Positions 37,801-46,857 of a stretch of 64,000 nucleotides of DNA are shown in pieces. Below the pieces are notes generated by a model. That model saw only the letters and a program-made list of their open reading frames with translations, was not told the origin of the DNA and did not search any database. The DNA comes from Sediminitomix flava (GTDB lineage: Bacteria > Bacteroidota > Bacteroidia > Cytophagales > Flammeovirgaceae), in NCBI RefSeq assembly GCF_003149185.1, contig NZ_QGDO01000003.1, forward strand, positions 576,379-640,378. The letters are read 5' to 3'. Position numbers and translations under genes: made by a program. The stretch's first letter is position 1. Every line of letters begins with the position of its first letter.

Positions 37801-39142
37801 TTCTGCTTCTGGGGCAGGAGCGTGTTTGGCAGATGACATGGGACTGGGGAAAACTTTACAAGCAATTACGCTACTTTTAGCACAAGCTAAAGATGGTGCT
37901 TCTTTAGTAATCGCTCCTTCCTCAGTGACTTTCAATTGGGTGAAAGAAATACAGAAGTTTGCACCAACGCTCAACGTACATTTGCTTTCTGAAGTCTCTA
38001 AGCGAGAAACACTGATTAAATCTTTAGGGCAGAATGATGTTTTGATCTGTAGTTATGGACTTTTACAGACGGGTATTCCTGCACTCAGAAAAAAAGGCTG
38101 GAATGTAATTATTTTGGATGAAGCGCAAGCCATCAAGAACAGATCGACTAAACGTTCTGAAGAGGCGATGAAGCTGAAAGCAAAAACTAGAATTCTGACG
38201 ACGGGAACACCTATTGAAAATAATTTGGGCGAACTCTGGAATCTCTTCCAGTTTATCAATCCAGGTTTGTTGGGAGATTGGGAGTCATTCAATGACAACT
38301 ATATCTTAAGAATCACGTCTGATGATGACCTTCATGCTAAAGTAGCTCGTCGAAATCTTCGAAAAATTATTGCTCCTTTTATTCTTAGAAGAACGAAGAG
38401 TGAGGTGTTGGAAGAGTTACCACAGAAAACAGAAATGGTGCTCAATGTAAAAATGTCAGAAGAAGAGTCAATTTACTATGAGGCATTGAGAAGAACGGCA
38501 ATTGGTGAGATTGAGGACATCATTGAAAAGAAAAAAGAAGGCGGGGCTTTCAAAGTCTTGGCAGAGCTGACCAAACTTCGTCAAGCCTGTTGTCACCCAA
38601 CATTGATCAATCACGAATGGCAATGGGAGAGTAGTAAACTAAGTCTTTTCTTAGAAACCGTAAAAGAATTAAAAGCAGGAGGGCACAGAGCACTTGTCTT
38701 TAGCCAGTTTGTGAGTTATCTGAATATTCTAAAGGTCGAACTAGAAAAAGAAGGCGTTTCTTATCAGTATTTAGATGGTTCTACCACTCTTAAGAATCGA
38801 GAAAAAGCAGTCAATGATTTCCAAAGTGGAGAAGGAGATGTCTTCTTGATTTCTCTAAAGGCTGGAGGAACAGGGTTAAATCTCACTACAGCAGATTATG
38901 TCATTCATATGGATCCGTGGTGGAATCCTGCCGTAGAAGACCAAGCCACAGACAGAGCTTACAGAATTGGGCAAGAAAGACCTGTGACGGTCTACAGACT
39001 AATCACACAAAATACAATTGAAGAAAAAATGATTCAGTTGCATCATGAAAAAAGACAATTGGCGGATGATCTATTAAGTGAAAGTGCGACCACAACAAAA
39101 CTAGATACGAAAGAACTTTTGAAGCTAATTACTGAGTTTTAA
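34853..39142 (+). CDS. SNF2/Swi2-family ATPase with a ~950-aa uncharacterised N-terminal region
   Basis: The C-terminal third has SNF2 motifs (LRDYQLDGYQWL, DDMGLGKTLQAI, DEAQAIKN, helicase-C block). The N-terminal region matches no family I recognise. Confidence 0.7.
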   Translation: MYLQKFQNRLPKILMITNSLLDSYTDFEQKIQRYPEDQQLKLVTLMLYVGYSGESIQTIKRDFYRVIEVSQAFNQSELNLLLEEVFVCKFLDDESFQFQRIYKVDSADLFVSCAHYFFFTLNQHSLFETYQSNLSAKQSSKYNSYWNERVKQDNIIRDFFIDQPISERLVQLSYLLATVEFSQSPIAADLVLSFVALCQLKKCFPSFLIEDDYNLNQITQLLLKELYHGKLALERLTNCLTTLYELTSSERFLMLKSLLNHQFKGKEFAIKNELKSDFYQRLIPYANLINHKNSEVLKNFLSESGIADLSKEAKKKSSKNWKLLSQQKEVLLVFFLLREEYTHRDFLFNRYKFLLKSNTTQILFYEHLIDLLILFKTEIDVDCKNYKEDVLSYWKSYFDDAFKQLSPLSFPIILFLLKEVFKNEFYVTDEIVEQLNFRASSYHRKGLNWYASITAELCVRFNDEWLQPQFERMLVEDGFQLKNIFEQEDPNDWKALVAKMEKLADRLKEIDEEKKEQENATQHRLIWVVSPKYLQVKPFEQNRLKSGKWGKPKKISDQKLISKDIKGAIELDFEILNHAYQTNKGYYEDYVAYEVLEVWKRLEGHPNVVLEENIDQSVTVTKEEIEISVAENGDFYELNFGQDFNMNFPVKQESTTRFTYFNVDEKVKEWFSTFPQGVLIPKEAKNELKAVVGQLSRNLHVHSKVDEIREELPEISADTQLYALLTPKGNNIQLNLYFKPFSTQLPYVVPTKGKEALIEDVQRVRTRAVRDFRVEEEIIRNFFVDRPNLFNTHDGHFSWELTDRVEALNALMELQSGAFKAIIEWPKGVKFQLLASADVSQLSMSVKMKKTDWFHLDGELKINEEIVVSLMELLSKYKENPSLQFVEVRENQFISLTNKLRTQLAAFENFAEDFRQGIDMHPLVTYGILHELKEKINLDADQAWTEFEDRVETAYATEFSLPKNLQATLRDYQLDGYQWLSILSASGAGACLADDMGLGKTLQAITLLLAQAKDGASLVIAPSSVTFNWVKEIQKFAPTLNVHLLSEVSKRETLIKSLGQNDVLICSYGLLQTGIPALRKKGWNVIILDEAQAIKNRSTKRSEEAMKLKAKTRILTTGTPIENNLGELWNLFQFINPGLLGDWESFNDNYILRITSDDDLHAKVARRNLRKIIAPFILRRTKSEVLEELPQKTEMVLNVKMSEEESIYYEALRRTAIGEIEDIIEKKKEGGAFKVLAELTKLRQACCHPTLINHEWQWESSKLSLFLETVKELKAGGHRALVFSQFVSYLNILKVELEKEGVSYQYLDGSTTLKNREKAVNDFQSGEGDVFLISLKAGGTGLNLTTADYVIHMDPWWNPAVEDQATDRAYRIGQERPVTVYRLITQNTIEEKMIQLHHEKRQLADDLLSESATTTKLDTKELLKLITEF

Positions 39143-39292
39143 TTGGAATTTTCTGATTTAACTCTAAAAATCTTATCAGAAATGATGGTTTTTAATAGGG
39201 ATCCTTACTTCTAGTTTTGAATCTTAAAGTTGAAAACCCTCATTTGTGTCCGAATTAACTATTGACCTATTAACTTAACCTAATTTACTATT

Positions 39293-40471
39293 TTGAATCA
39301 GACACTAACTAAAAAGTGTACAGTAAGACTGTATGCAACATTTCTTCTTGCCTTATTTTCTATTTCTTCAACCTTTGCAGATGATTGTACATTCACCAAA
39401 AATGCTGGTAACTGGGGGAAAGCTAGTAATTGGAGTTGTGGACATGTACCTGATCCATCTGTAGACAATGTAATTATTCCAGCAGGTTCTGAAGTAAATA
39501 ACAATGTAGGAGACATTGTTTTTACAGGTGGAACGACACTCACTATCAATGGAACTCTCGACATGAAAGGGAATAAGCTTGAAATGAAAGGTTCAGGAGG
39601 TGACGCTTCAACTTTTTTTGTAGCTTCTACAGGTGATCTAAAAGATGCGAGTGAATTTTTTATACTAGAAGATGCACAAGGTACGGTTGCTTCTGGCGGT
39701 TCAATAACGGTCTTAGAACATCTAAAAGTTGACGATAATGGAGCTTTTGAAGTAAACAGTAATGATGTTGAGGTTACGGATAAGTTTGAAAACTTGGGAA
39801 ATGGAAATATTAGTGGCTCAGGTATCGTAACTTTTTCTGGAACTATTGGGAATTACACTGATAATTCCTCAGTCGACATATCTGTTTGTGTATCTTCTGA
39901 CGGAACAAATTGTGATATCAATGAAGATAACGATACACCACTTCCAGTAAAGTTTATCTCTTTTCATGTAACCACAGTTAAAGAGGGTGTTCTAGCTGAA
40001 TGGGCGACAGGTTCTGAGTTTGATAATAAATCATTTAGAGTGGAAAGGTCTATTGATCATATCAATTGGATGTCATTGGTAGAGCTAGAAGGAAGAGGGA
40101 ATTCAGAGGTTATAACTGAATATTCATTTGTAGATCGAGAGGCTGTTCATGGTATCAATTTTTACAGGATTGTACAGGTTGATTTGGATGGTTCAATTTC
40201 CTATTCTCCTGTGCAGACTATTGTGAAAGATCGATTTGAAGTAGAAGAATTGATTTTAAGCAGAAGAGGTACAAACAATTATATGTTAGAAGGAGAGGGG
40301 CACTTGCTTGAAGATTTACAAATTTATTGTATTCAAGGAAAGAAGCTGAACCATAGGGTTGATCTGAATCAATTGTCAAATACAAACCTATCATTTTCAT
40401 TGGATGGTTTGCCAAGTGGAGTTTATATACTTCGTACAAATGAACATGCTCTTCGAGTAATAAAGCACTAA
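39293..40471 (+). CDS. Secreted protein with a T9SS C-terminal sorting domain
   Basis: Signal peptide. The C-terminal ~80 aa (YSFVDREAVHGINFYRIVQVDLDGSISYSP...GVYILRTNEHALRVIKH) resemble the Por secretion-tail domain. Confidence 0.5.
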   Translation: MNQTLTKKCTVRLYATFLLALFSISSTFADDCTFTKNAGNWGKASNWSCGHVPDPSVDNVIIPAGSEVNNNVGDIVFTGGTTLTINGTLDMKGNKLEMKGSGGDASTFFVASTGDLKDASEFFILEDAQGTVASGGSITVLEHLKVDDNGAFEVNSNDVEVTDKFENLGNGNISGSGIVTFSGTIGNYTDNSSVDISVCVSSDGTNCDINEDNDTPLPVKFISFHVTTVKEGVLAEWATGSEFDNKSFRVERSIDHINWMSLVELEGRGNSEVITEYSFVDREAVHGINFYRIVQVDLDGSISYSPVQTIVKDRFEVEELILSRRGTNNYMLEGEGHLLEDLQIYCIQGKKLNHRVDLNQLSNTNLSFSLDGLPSGVYILRTNEHALRVIKH

Positions 40472-40512
40472 ACTATTCTTCATTTTTATACCAAATTCAA
40501 ATCGCTTAGTAA

Positions 40513-40995
40513 ATGATCAATGGAATCAAAAAAATGGATCATGTTGGTATTACTGTACCAGATTTAGCACAAGCTTCTCTATATTTTAAGGAATGGTTCG
40601 ATGCTGAAATAATTGGAGAGGCATGGGGGTTTAAATCGGATGATTACTGGATGAAAGATTACCTAAATGTTCATCCAAGAGCTGAAATTCATAATATTCA
40701 AATGATGAAACTACCTGATGGAACAGTGCTAGAATTGTTTGAGTATGAATCTCCTGATCAGAATGTAGAGTATCCTAAAAATAGTGATCATGGAGGACAT
40801 CATTTAGCGTTTGAGGTAGATAATATTGATGAAGTTGTAAAAGTTCTACATCAGAATAATGTGCCTGTACATGGTCATGAAGCTACTTTTAATGATCCTT
40901 CAGCAGATAATACAAAAGGCTCATTTAAGAATATCAAGTGGATTTACTTTCAAACCCCTTGGGGAATGGATATTGAGCTAGTTCAAAAATTATAA
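40513..40995 (+). CDS. VOC-family (glyoxalase/bleomycin-resistance/dioxygenase fold) protein
   Basis: MDHVGITVPDL...HHLAFEVDNIDE metal-ligand pattern. An alternative start lies at 40534. Confidence 0.6.
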   Translation: MINGIKKMDHVGITVPDLAQASLYFKEWFDAEIIGEAWGFKSDDYWMKDYLNVHPRAEIHNIQMMKLPDGTVLELFEYESPDQNVEYPKNSDHGGHHLAFEVDNIDEVVKVLHQNNVPVHGHEATFNDPSADNTKGSFKNIKWIYFQTPWGMDIELVQKL

Positions 40996-41136
40996 GTGAT
41001 TGAAAAAGCAAAAGGCATTGAGTATTTATCAATGCCTTTCATTTTATATTAGAAGAACCAAAAGTGAATATTTAGTAATTGAGTTTGCAAAACTGATCAC
41101 TTTTTGGATAAGAATCTGAGTTATGAAAAGTGTTCT

Positions 41137-43389
41137 TTATTGGTTTTTCATCTTAAAAATAATTTCAGCCCCATCAACCAAATCGGAGTGATTGATGAAA
41201 AAAGATTTTTGCTTTTTACCATTTACATAAATCGCATCAATCAAGTTCGAATTTCCTTCTTTCTTGATCGTGATTTTTTCCCCTTTCCAATGGTTTTGAT
41301 CTAAGGTAATCGTGATCTGGTCAAAGGCTGGAGTGGTTAAAGCATACCTCGGAACAGCTGGTGCATCTGGATAAATTCCCATCATTGAGAAGACTGTCCA
41401 AGCTGACATTGTTCCTGTATCGTCATTTCCTGCAATTCCATCGGGCTGATTGGTGAAATGTTCTTCACGAAGTTTCAAGACACGCTCTTGTGTTTTGTAT
41501 TCGTAACCTTTCATATAATTGTAGATGTATGGATATGCGATATCTGGTTCGTTTGCCATATCGTAATGCCCTTCTTCAAAGATCATTTCCAAACGCTTGT
41601 CGATTTCTTTAGTTCCTCCAAACAATTTGATGAGTTGAGGAATGTCAAACTGCGCCATCAGGTTGTATTGGTATGCATTTCCTTCTACATATCCGATGTT
41701 GTGTTGGAAGTTTGCCCCATGCGCAGGATCGAAAGGCTCATGCCATTTTCCATTTGCATATTTAGGACGAAGGAATTTGCTGTTTTTGTCAAATAACTTT
41801 CGGTAACCGTAAGCTCTTTCTAAAAATTCTTTATGCTTTTCTTTATTGCCTATGGCTTTTGCGTATTGAGAAATACTCCAGTCAGCCACAGCATATTCTA
41901 AAGTAGTGGAAACGGAACCCCAAACTTTTTCATCTAGTTCTACATCTACAGGAACATAGCCATTTTCAATGTATTCAGCTACTCCCGGTCTTACAGGGTT
42001 TCCACTCTCAATAGGGTATGCATTTTTTAGAATTGCTTCAAATGCTTTTTGCTCATCAAATTTGTCCAATCCTTTTAGGTAAGTATCGGCAATCACGATA
42101 GAGGCAGGGTCTCCCACCATGGTGAAAGTTTCTGTCGAGTTCAATTCCCATTTAGGCAACCAACCCGACTCGTCGTAGATGGCTAACATGCTATTGACCA
42201 TATCCAATTGCTGCTCAGGGTAAAGTAAAGTCAGAAGCGGATGAAGACTACGGTAGGTGTCCCAAAGTGAGAAAACTGTATAACGATCGCCATTTTCTAC
42301 CTTGCCTGTTTTACGCGTTTTGGATACAGGATAATCACCGTTTTCATCATTGATGATATTTGGATGAATCATGCTATGGTACAATGACGTATAGAAAACG
42401 GTTTTGTCATCTTCCGAACCGCCTTCTACAGCTACATTTGAAAGTACTTCGTTCCATTGTGCTTTTGCATTTCCTACAACTTGCTCAAAGTTCTTTTCTC
42501 CAATTTCTTTTTCAAGGTTTTCCCTTGCATTTTCAATACTTACATAAGAAACCCCAATTTTCACTTCTACTTGGGTAGGCTCAGCAAAATCATATGAGAA
42601 AAAAGCACCGAGTGAATCTCCAAGCACAGGGAAATAAGCATCTTCTAAAATACGGTTCTGACCATTGTAAGCCGCCATCCAGTTTCCTTCTACACCATTG
42701 TTTTTGCGGTGTTTCTGCCAAATTCCTTTGCGTTCAGCTGTTTGATCTACTTTCATTACAAAGTAGACAGGATAAATAGAAGTTGGGTCGTTGTAACAGA
42801 ATGTCCCGACCATTCGCATGCCTTCAATTTCTTGCTCATTGACCATTTTCACCATTCCACCACTTTCATTGGAAAGGGCTTGCCCGAGGTTCATCATAAT
42901 ATTTGCTTCGCCTGCGGGGAAATGAAAACGGCTAATTCCTGCTCTTTGTGTCGCACTGACTTCTGTTTTTACACCATAACGATCTAATACATTGGTATAA
43001 TAACCTGCACTAGCATCTTCTTGTGAATAAGTAGTGGCATATTCTTCTGTTTCTACTTTTAATTCACCAGTAGTTGGCATAAGGATGATCGCTCCAAGGT
43101 CTGGACAGCCTACACCACTTAAATTGACGTGACTAAAGCCCGAAAATAATGTATTGGTATGATCGTAGGGAAAAGAAACCCAATCCGAATCCTTTTCTTT
43201 TCCTGTTCCTTCTCCTGCGGTGTTGAATGGCACAACAGAGACCATCCCTCTAGGTACTATAGCTCCAGGATTTGTAGCACCATAATTGGTACTTCCTATA
43301 AATGGGTTGACGTATTCGCTTAGGTCTTGTGCAAAACTGCTGAGTATGCTAAGACAGAGTGATATATGGAATAAGATTATTTTTTTCAT
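41137..43389 (-). CDS. GH92-family alpha-mannosidase (secreted)
   Basis: Signal peptide. GH92 motifs GFSHVNLSGVGCPD, TSLYHS, HPLLTLL and C-terminal GNEP/GNDDTG blocks. Confidence 0.85.
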   Translation of the reverse strand: MKKIILFHISLCLSILSSFAQDLSEYVNPFIGSTNYGATNPGAIVPRGMVSVVPFNTAGEGTGKEKDSDWVSFPYDHTNTLFSGFSHVNLSGVGCPDLGAIILMPTTGELKVETEEYATTYSQEDASAGYYTNVLDRYGVKTEVSATQRAGISRFHFPAGEANIMMNLGQALSNESGGMVKMVNEQEIEGMRMVGTFCYNDPTSIYPVYFVMKVDQTAERKGIWQKHRKNNGVEGNWMAAYNGQNRILEDAYFPVLGDSLGAFFSYDFAEPTQVEVKIGVSYVSIENARENLEKEIGEKNFEQVVGNAKAQWNEVLSNVAVEGGSEDDKTVFYTSLYHSMIHPNIINDENGDYPVSKTRKTGKVENGDRYTVFSLWDTYRSLHPLLTLLYPEQQLDMVNSMLAIYDESGWLPKWELNSTETFTMVGDPASIVIADTYLKGLDKFDEQKAFEAILKNAYPIESGNPVRPGVAEYIENGYVPVDVELDEKVWGSVSTTLEYAVADWSISQYAKAIGNKEKHKEFLERAYGYRKLFDKNSKFLRPKYANGKWHEPFDPAHGANFQHNIGYVEGNAYQYNLMAQFDIPQLIKLFGGTKEIDKRLEMIFEEGHYDMANEPDIAYPYIYNYMKGYEYKTQERVLKLREEHFTNQPDGIAGNDDTGTMSAWTVFSMMGIYPDAPAVPRYALTTPAFDQITITLDQNHWKGEKITIKKEGNSNLIDAIYVNGKKQKSFFINHSDLVDGAEIIFKMKNQ

Positions 43390-43548
43390 GATGGCGAAAT
43401 CATCTGTTATTTTTTGATGATAGAGACGTTCATTTTTGGAATCTCATCAGTTTATTTGAGGTAAATACTAGGACAAAGTAAAACGAATATTCTATTGTTA
43501 CTATCCTTAGAATTTGCGAAGCTATCTAAGGATTTATTTATGAACGAA

Positions 43549-43598
43549 AGAGTCTTCAGACTCGAAAAACTTACTAAAATATCGAGTCTTAAGACTCT
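43549..43598. promoter_or_regulatory. Long imperfect inverted repeat in the GH92 promoter region (candidate operator)
   Basis: Arms agagtcttcagactcg / cgagtcttaagactct (16 nt, 1 mismatch) separated by 17 nt. A second perfect 8-bp IR (atccttag...ctaaggat) lies at 43503-43533. Confidence 0.3.
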
Positions 43599-43781
43599 AA
43601 TTCCCATTTCTTAATTCGAAGATGCTGCACTCGCTCACTTCGTTAATTCTTCGAATAGAATACCGGTAATCATTTGTCCTAGTACTTAAGATTTACAGTT
43701 TAGAAACTGACTAGGCATGGATATTATTGATATAAAATGAAGGCGGAGCAAAACCCCGCCTTCAAGCTGTACTATATATAA

Positions 43782-46700
43782 TTATTCCTCAATCACAATC
43801 TCGTCAGTGAACATCCAAGTGTTGTTTCCTGCACCTGGGTGCCAAGCTGGAAGTTTCATATAAGGAACAGCTTCTACTTTGATGTAGCGAGCATTTGTTC
43901 CTTCGGCCGTTGCCTGAGCAAATCTGCGAACATTGATTCTTGGATGATTATTTGGCATGTCGGTTCCAGTTCTTCCTACTTCTGTGAAGTTTTCTCCATC
44001 TTCAGAAACTGAGAAGATCACTTCTTTCGGAAGGAATACCCATGAACCTGTATTTTCCAAGAAACCAATAGAGATATTGCTTACACTTTTAGCATCGCCC
44101 AAATCAACGATAGCTTCAAAGTTTTGGCCAGAAATACCATCCCATTTTCCATCTCTCAAATTATCTGAAGCATATACACCGTCAATCAATCCGTTTGTTC
44201 CAGAGTAGTATGACGGATGCTTTTTGTAGTTGATTGAAAGACTAGGGAATGTATCACCAGTATTATAATATGCATTTTTGAAATCAAAATCAGCTACAGC
44301 ACTTGTGTTTCCGTCTGTGTCTACAGCTATTGCTTTTACCAATGTAGAAGAGGTGACTTCAAATGGATTTGTATATGTCGTACTGTTTGTCGTTGGTGTA
44401 GAACCGTCTAGGGTATAGAAGATCTCAACGCCATCTATAACATTTTTAAGCTCTACTGTAGTCTCTGCATTGAAGATCAATGACTCATTTGTGACGTATG
44501 GTCTGAAAATGTAAGGCTCATCGTCAGTGATTTGATCGGCTTCAGAAGGAAGAATTGCAAATGAAGTAGGTCTTGCTTCTAGAGCTGTACCCCAATCTGA
44601 TTTTGCAGTAGCCATATCAAATGAGAGAATTCCACCTTTTTCAATTTGCTCATGCGTAATCATGGTCATAGGGTGGTTTTCGCCATTCAATTTTGCGGAT
44701 TGAATATAGATAGCCTCATCACTTGTTTTTGGAGCTTCGATCACAAAGTCATTTCCATTATCCATATGGATTGTCACTTTAGGGAAGATTGGGCTACCAA
44801 TAATGTATTCGCCATTGGCAGGGTTTACAGGGTAGAAGCCCATGGCAGAATAAACATACCAAGCAGACATTTGTCCACAGTCTTCATTTCCACTCAATCC
44901 ATCACGTTCAGCCGTATACATTTCGTTCATTACTTGACGGATACGCTCTTGTGTTTTCCAAGGCTGACCCGCAAAGTTGTAAAGGTAAATCACATGGTGA
45001 GAAGGCTCATTTCCTTGTGCATACTGTCCGATAAGTCCTGTAACATCATGTGCCATATGGTTATCGTTTACGGCTTCTTGCAAGAACATTTCGTCAATCA
45101 ATTTGGCAAATTTTTCATCTCCTCCGTGCAATGCCATCAAGCCATTTACATCTTGTGGCGCAAAGAAGTTGTAGTGCCAAGCATTTCCTTCCGTATAATC
45201 ACCAGCTCCTAGCAATGAAATAGCCATTGGGTCAAAGTCTTTTGCCCAAACACCGTACATGTCTTTACTTCTTATAAATCCTGTTTCAGCATCGAAAAGG
45301 TTTTTATAATAAGTAGCTCTCTTGCTGTATTTCTCAAAATCTTCTGTTTTGCCCAATGCTTTTGCCATTTGAGCAACACACCACATATCGTATGCGTATT
45401 CTACTTGTTTAGAAACAGAGTTTGATTCTTTTTCTCTAGGAATAAATCCTTCTTTATTGAACCAGTACAAACCTCTGTCTTCGTCTTCTGCTGCTGCAAC
45501 AATTGCTTCATAGGCTATTTCAGGATCAAAGTTGGTTTGTCCTTTCAAGAATGCATCTACAATCACAGGTACAGAATGGAAACCGATCATAGTTCCTGTC
45601 TCATTTGCTGAAAGCTCCCAAATTGGCAATTGGCCGTATTGCTCATATTTGGCAATCATCGATTTGATAAAATCATTATTTTGCTCAGGTGCTACCAATG
45701 TGAAAAGTGGGTGTGTAGAACGGAATGTATCCCAAAGCGAGAACAAAGTATGGTTGGTGAAGCCTGTTGCGGTATGAATTTTTTGATCCATACCTCTGTA
45801 CTGATGATCTACATCCATGTAAACATTAGGAGCGATCATTGAGTGGTAAAGTGCAGTGTAGAAAACAGTGTTTTGCTCTTTAGAACCACCTTCAGTTTCT
45901 ATTTTGCTTAACATGGTATTCCATGTTCTTTCAGCTTCTTTTTGTACTCGGTCAAAATCGAAGTCAGTTACTTCTGCATTTAAGTTTTTACGAGCACCAT
46001 CTACGCTTACGGCTGAGATTGCTACTTTAACTACAATCGGTTCGTTTTCTTCCGTATTGAAGTTCAATACAGCTTTTACTCCTTTTTCACCTTCTAGTTT
46101 TTTTACATTCTCTAAAAGTTCACCTTCTCTATCACCAGCTACGGAAGCGAATGGTTTAGAGAATTGAGCTACGAAATAGACATATTGATCTCTAGCCCAT
46201 CCCGAAGATTTACGAAGACCTACAATCTCATTTTCAGAAGTAACTTCAAACCACGTATCTCTTGGAGAATCAGAGATTCCGTGCTTGAGGTCTAAAATGA
46301 TATGTGCGTCATCTGATTTCGGGAAAGTATATCTATGAACACCTACACGTGTAGTTGAAGTAAGCTCGGCTTGAATGCCATAATCCTTCAAGTTTACGCT
46401 GTAATATCCTGCTGAAGCTTTTTCTTCTGCTTTATCGAAACGTGAGCGGTAGCCTTCATCTGGATTAGCTTTTGTGCCTGGTTCTGTCTTGATTTCTCCA
46501 ACTGTTGGCATCAATAGAATATCTCCATAATCACCTCCACCAGTTCCAGAAAGGTGCGTATGAGAAAATCCCATGACTGAGCTGTCTGAAGCATGATATC
46601 CAGAACACCAGTCCCAACCTTCAATGCCCGTATCTGGGCTTAGTTGTACCATACCGAAAGGTACAGTAGCCCCCGGGAAGGTATGACCATGACCGTCTGT

Positions 46701-46826
46701 TCCGATAAATGGGTCAACAAATTGGGTATATTTAAGTGATGTGCTAGTGTTCGTAGTCGTTTTGATTTGCGAGCTACATCCCACTAGCATTATAAGCACG
46801 CTAAGTATAGGAATATTCAGTTTCAT
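43782..46826 (-). CDS. GH92-family alpha-mannosidase with a C-terminal F5/8 type C (discoidin)-like carbohydrate-binding extension
   Basis: Lipoprotein-like signal (LVGCSS). GH92 motifs (GFSHTHLSGTGGGD, HPLFTLV, GNEPSHH). There is ~260 extra C-terminal residues with a beta-sandwich-like composition. Confidence 0.85.
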   Translation of the reverse strand: MKLNIPILSVLIMLVGCSSQIKTTTNTSTSLKYTQFVDPFIGTDGHGHTFPGATVPFGMVQLSPDTGIEGWDWCSGYHASDSSVMGFSHTHLSGTGGGDYGDILLMPTVGEIKTEPGTKANPDEGYRSRFDKAEEKASAGYYSVNLKDYGIQAELTSTTRVGVHRYTFPKSDDAHIILDLKHGISDSPRDTWFEVTSENEIVGLRKSSGWARDQYVYFVAQFSKPFASVAGDREGELLENVKKLEGEKGVKAVLNFNTEENEPIVVKVAISAVSVDGARKNLNAEVTDFDFDRVQKEAERTWNTMLSKIETEGGSKEQNTVFYTALYHSMIAPNVYMDVDHQYRGMDQKIHTATGFTNHTLFSLWDTFRSTHPLFTLVAPEQNNDFIKSMIAKYEQYGQLPIWELSANETGTMIGFHSVPVIVDAFLKGQTNFDPEIAYEAIVAAAEDEDRGLYWFNKEGFIPREKESNSVSKQVEYAYDMWCVAQMAKALGKTEDFEKYSKRATYYKNLFDAETGFIRSKDMYGVWAKDFDPMAISLLGAGDYTEGNAWHYNFFAPQDVNGLMALHGGDEKFAKLIDEMFLQEAVNDNHMAHDVTGLIGQYAQGNEPSHHVIYLYNFAGQPWKTQERIRQVMNEMYTAERDGLSGNEDCGQMSAWYVYSAMGFYPVNPANGEYIIGSPIFPKVTIHMDNGNDFVIEAPKTSDEAIYIQSAKLNGENHPMTMITHEQIEKGGILSFDMATAKSDWGTALEARPTSFAILPSEADQITDDEPYIFRPYVTNESLIFNAETTVELKNVIDGVEIFYTLDGSTPTTNSTTYTNPFEVTSSTLVKAIAVDTDGNTSAVADFDFKNAYYNTGDTFPSLSINYKKHPSYYSGTNGLIDGVYASDNLRDGKWDGISGQNFEAIVDLGDAKSVSNISIGFLENTGSWVFLPKEVIFSVSEDGENFTEVGRTGTDMPNNHPRINVRRFAQATAEGTNARYIKVEAVPYMKLPAWHPGAGNNTWMFTDEIVIEE

Positions 46827-46857
46827 ATAAATGTTGTTTGAAGTCGTTGTTTAGATT

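Noticed and set aside
44646-46167. Several 70-188-aa ORFs on the + strand inside the GH92 gene at 43782..46826
   Set aside because: They lie fully inside a well-supported, motif-rich GH92 CDS on the opposite strand, so they are shadow ORFs. The same applies to the small ORFs inside the other GH92, SusC, SusD and RtcB genes.
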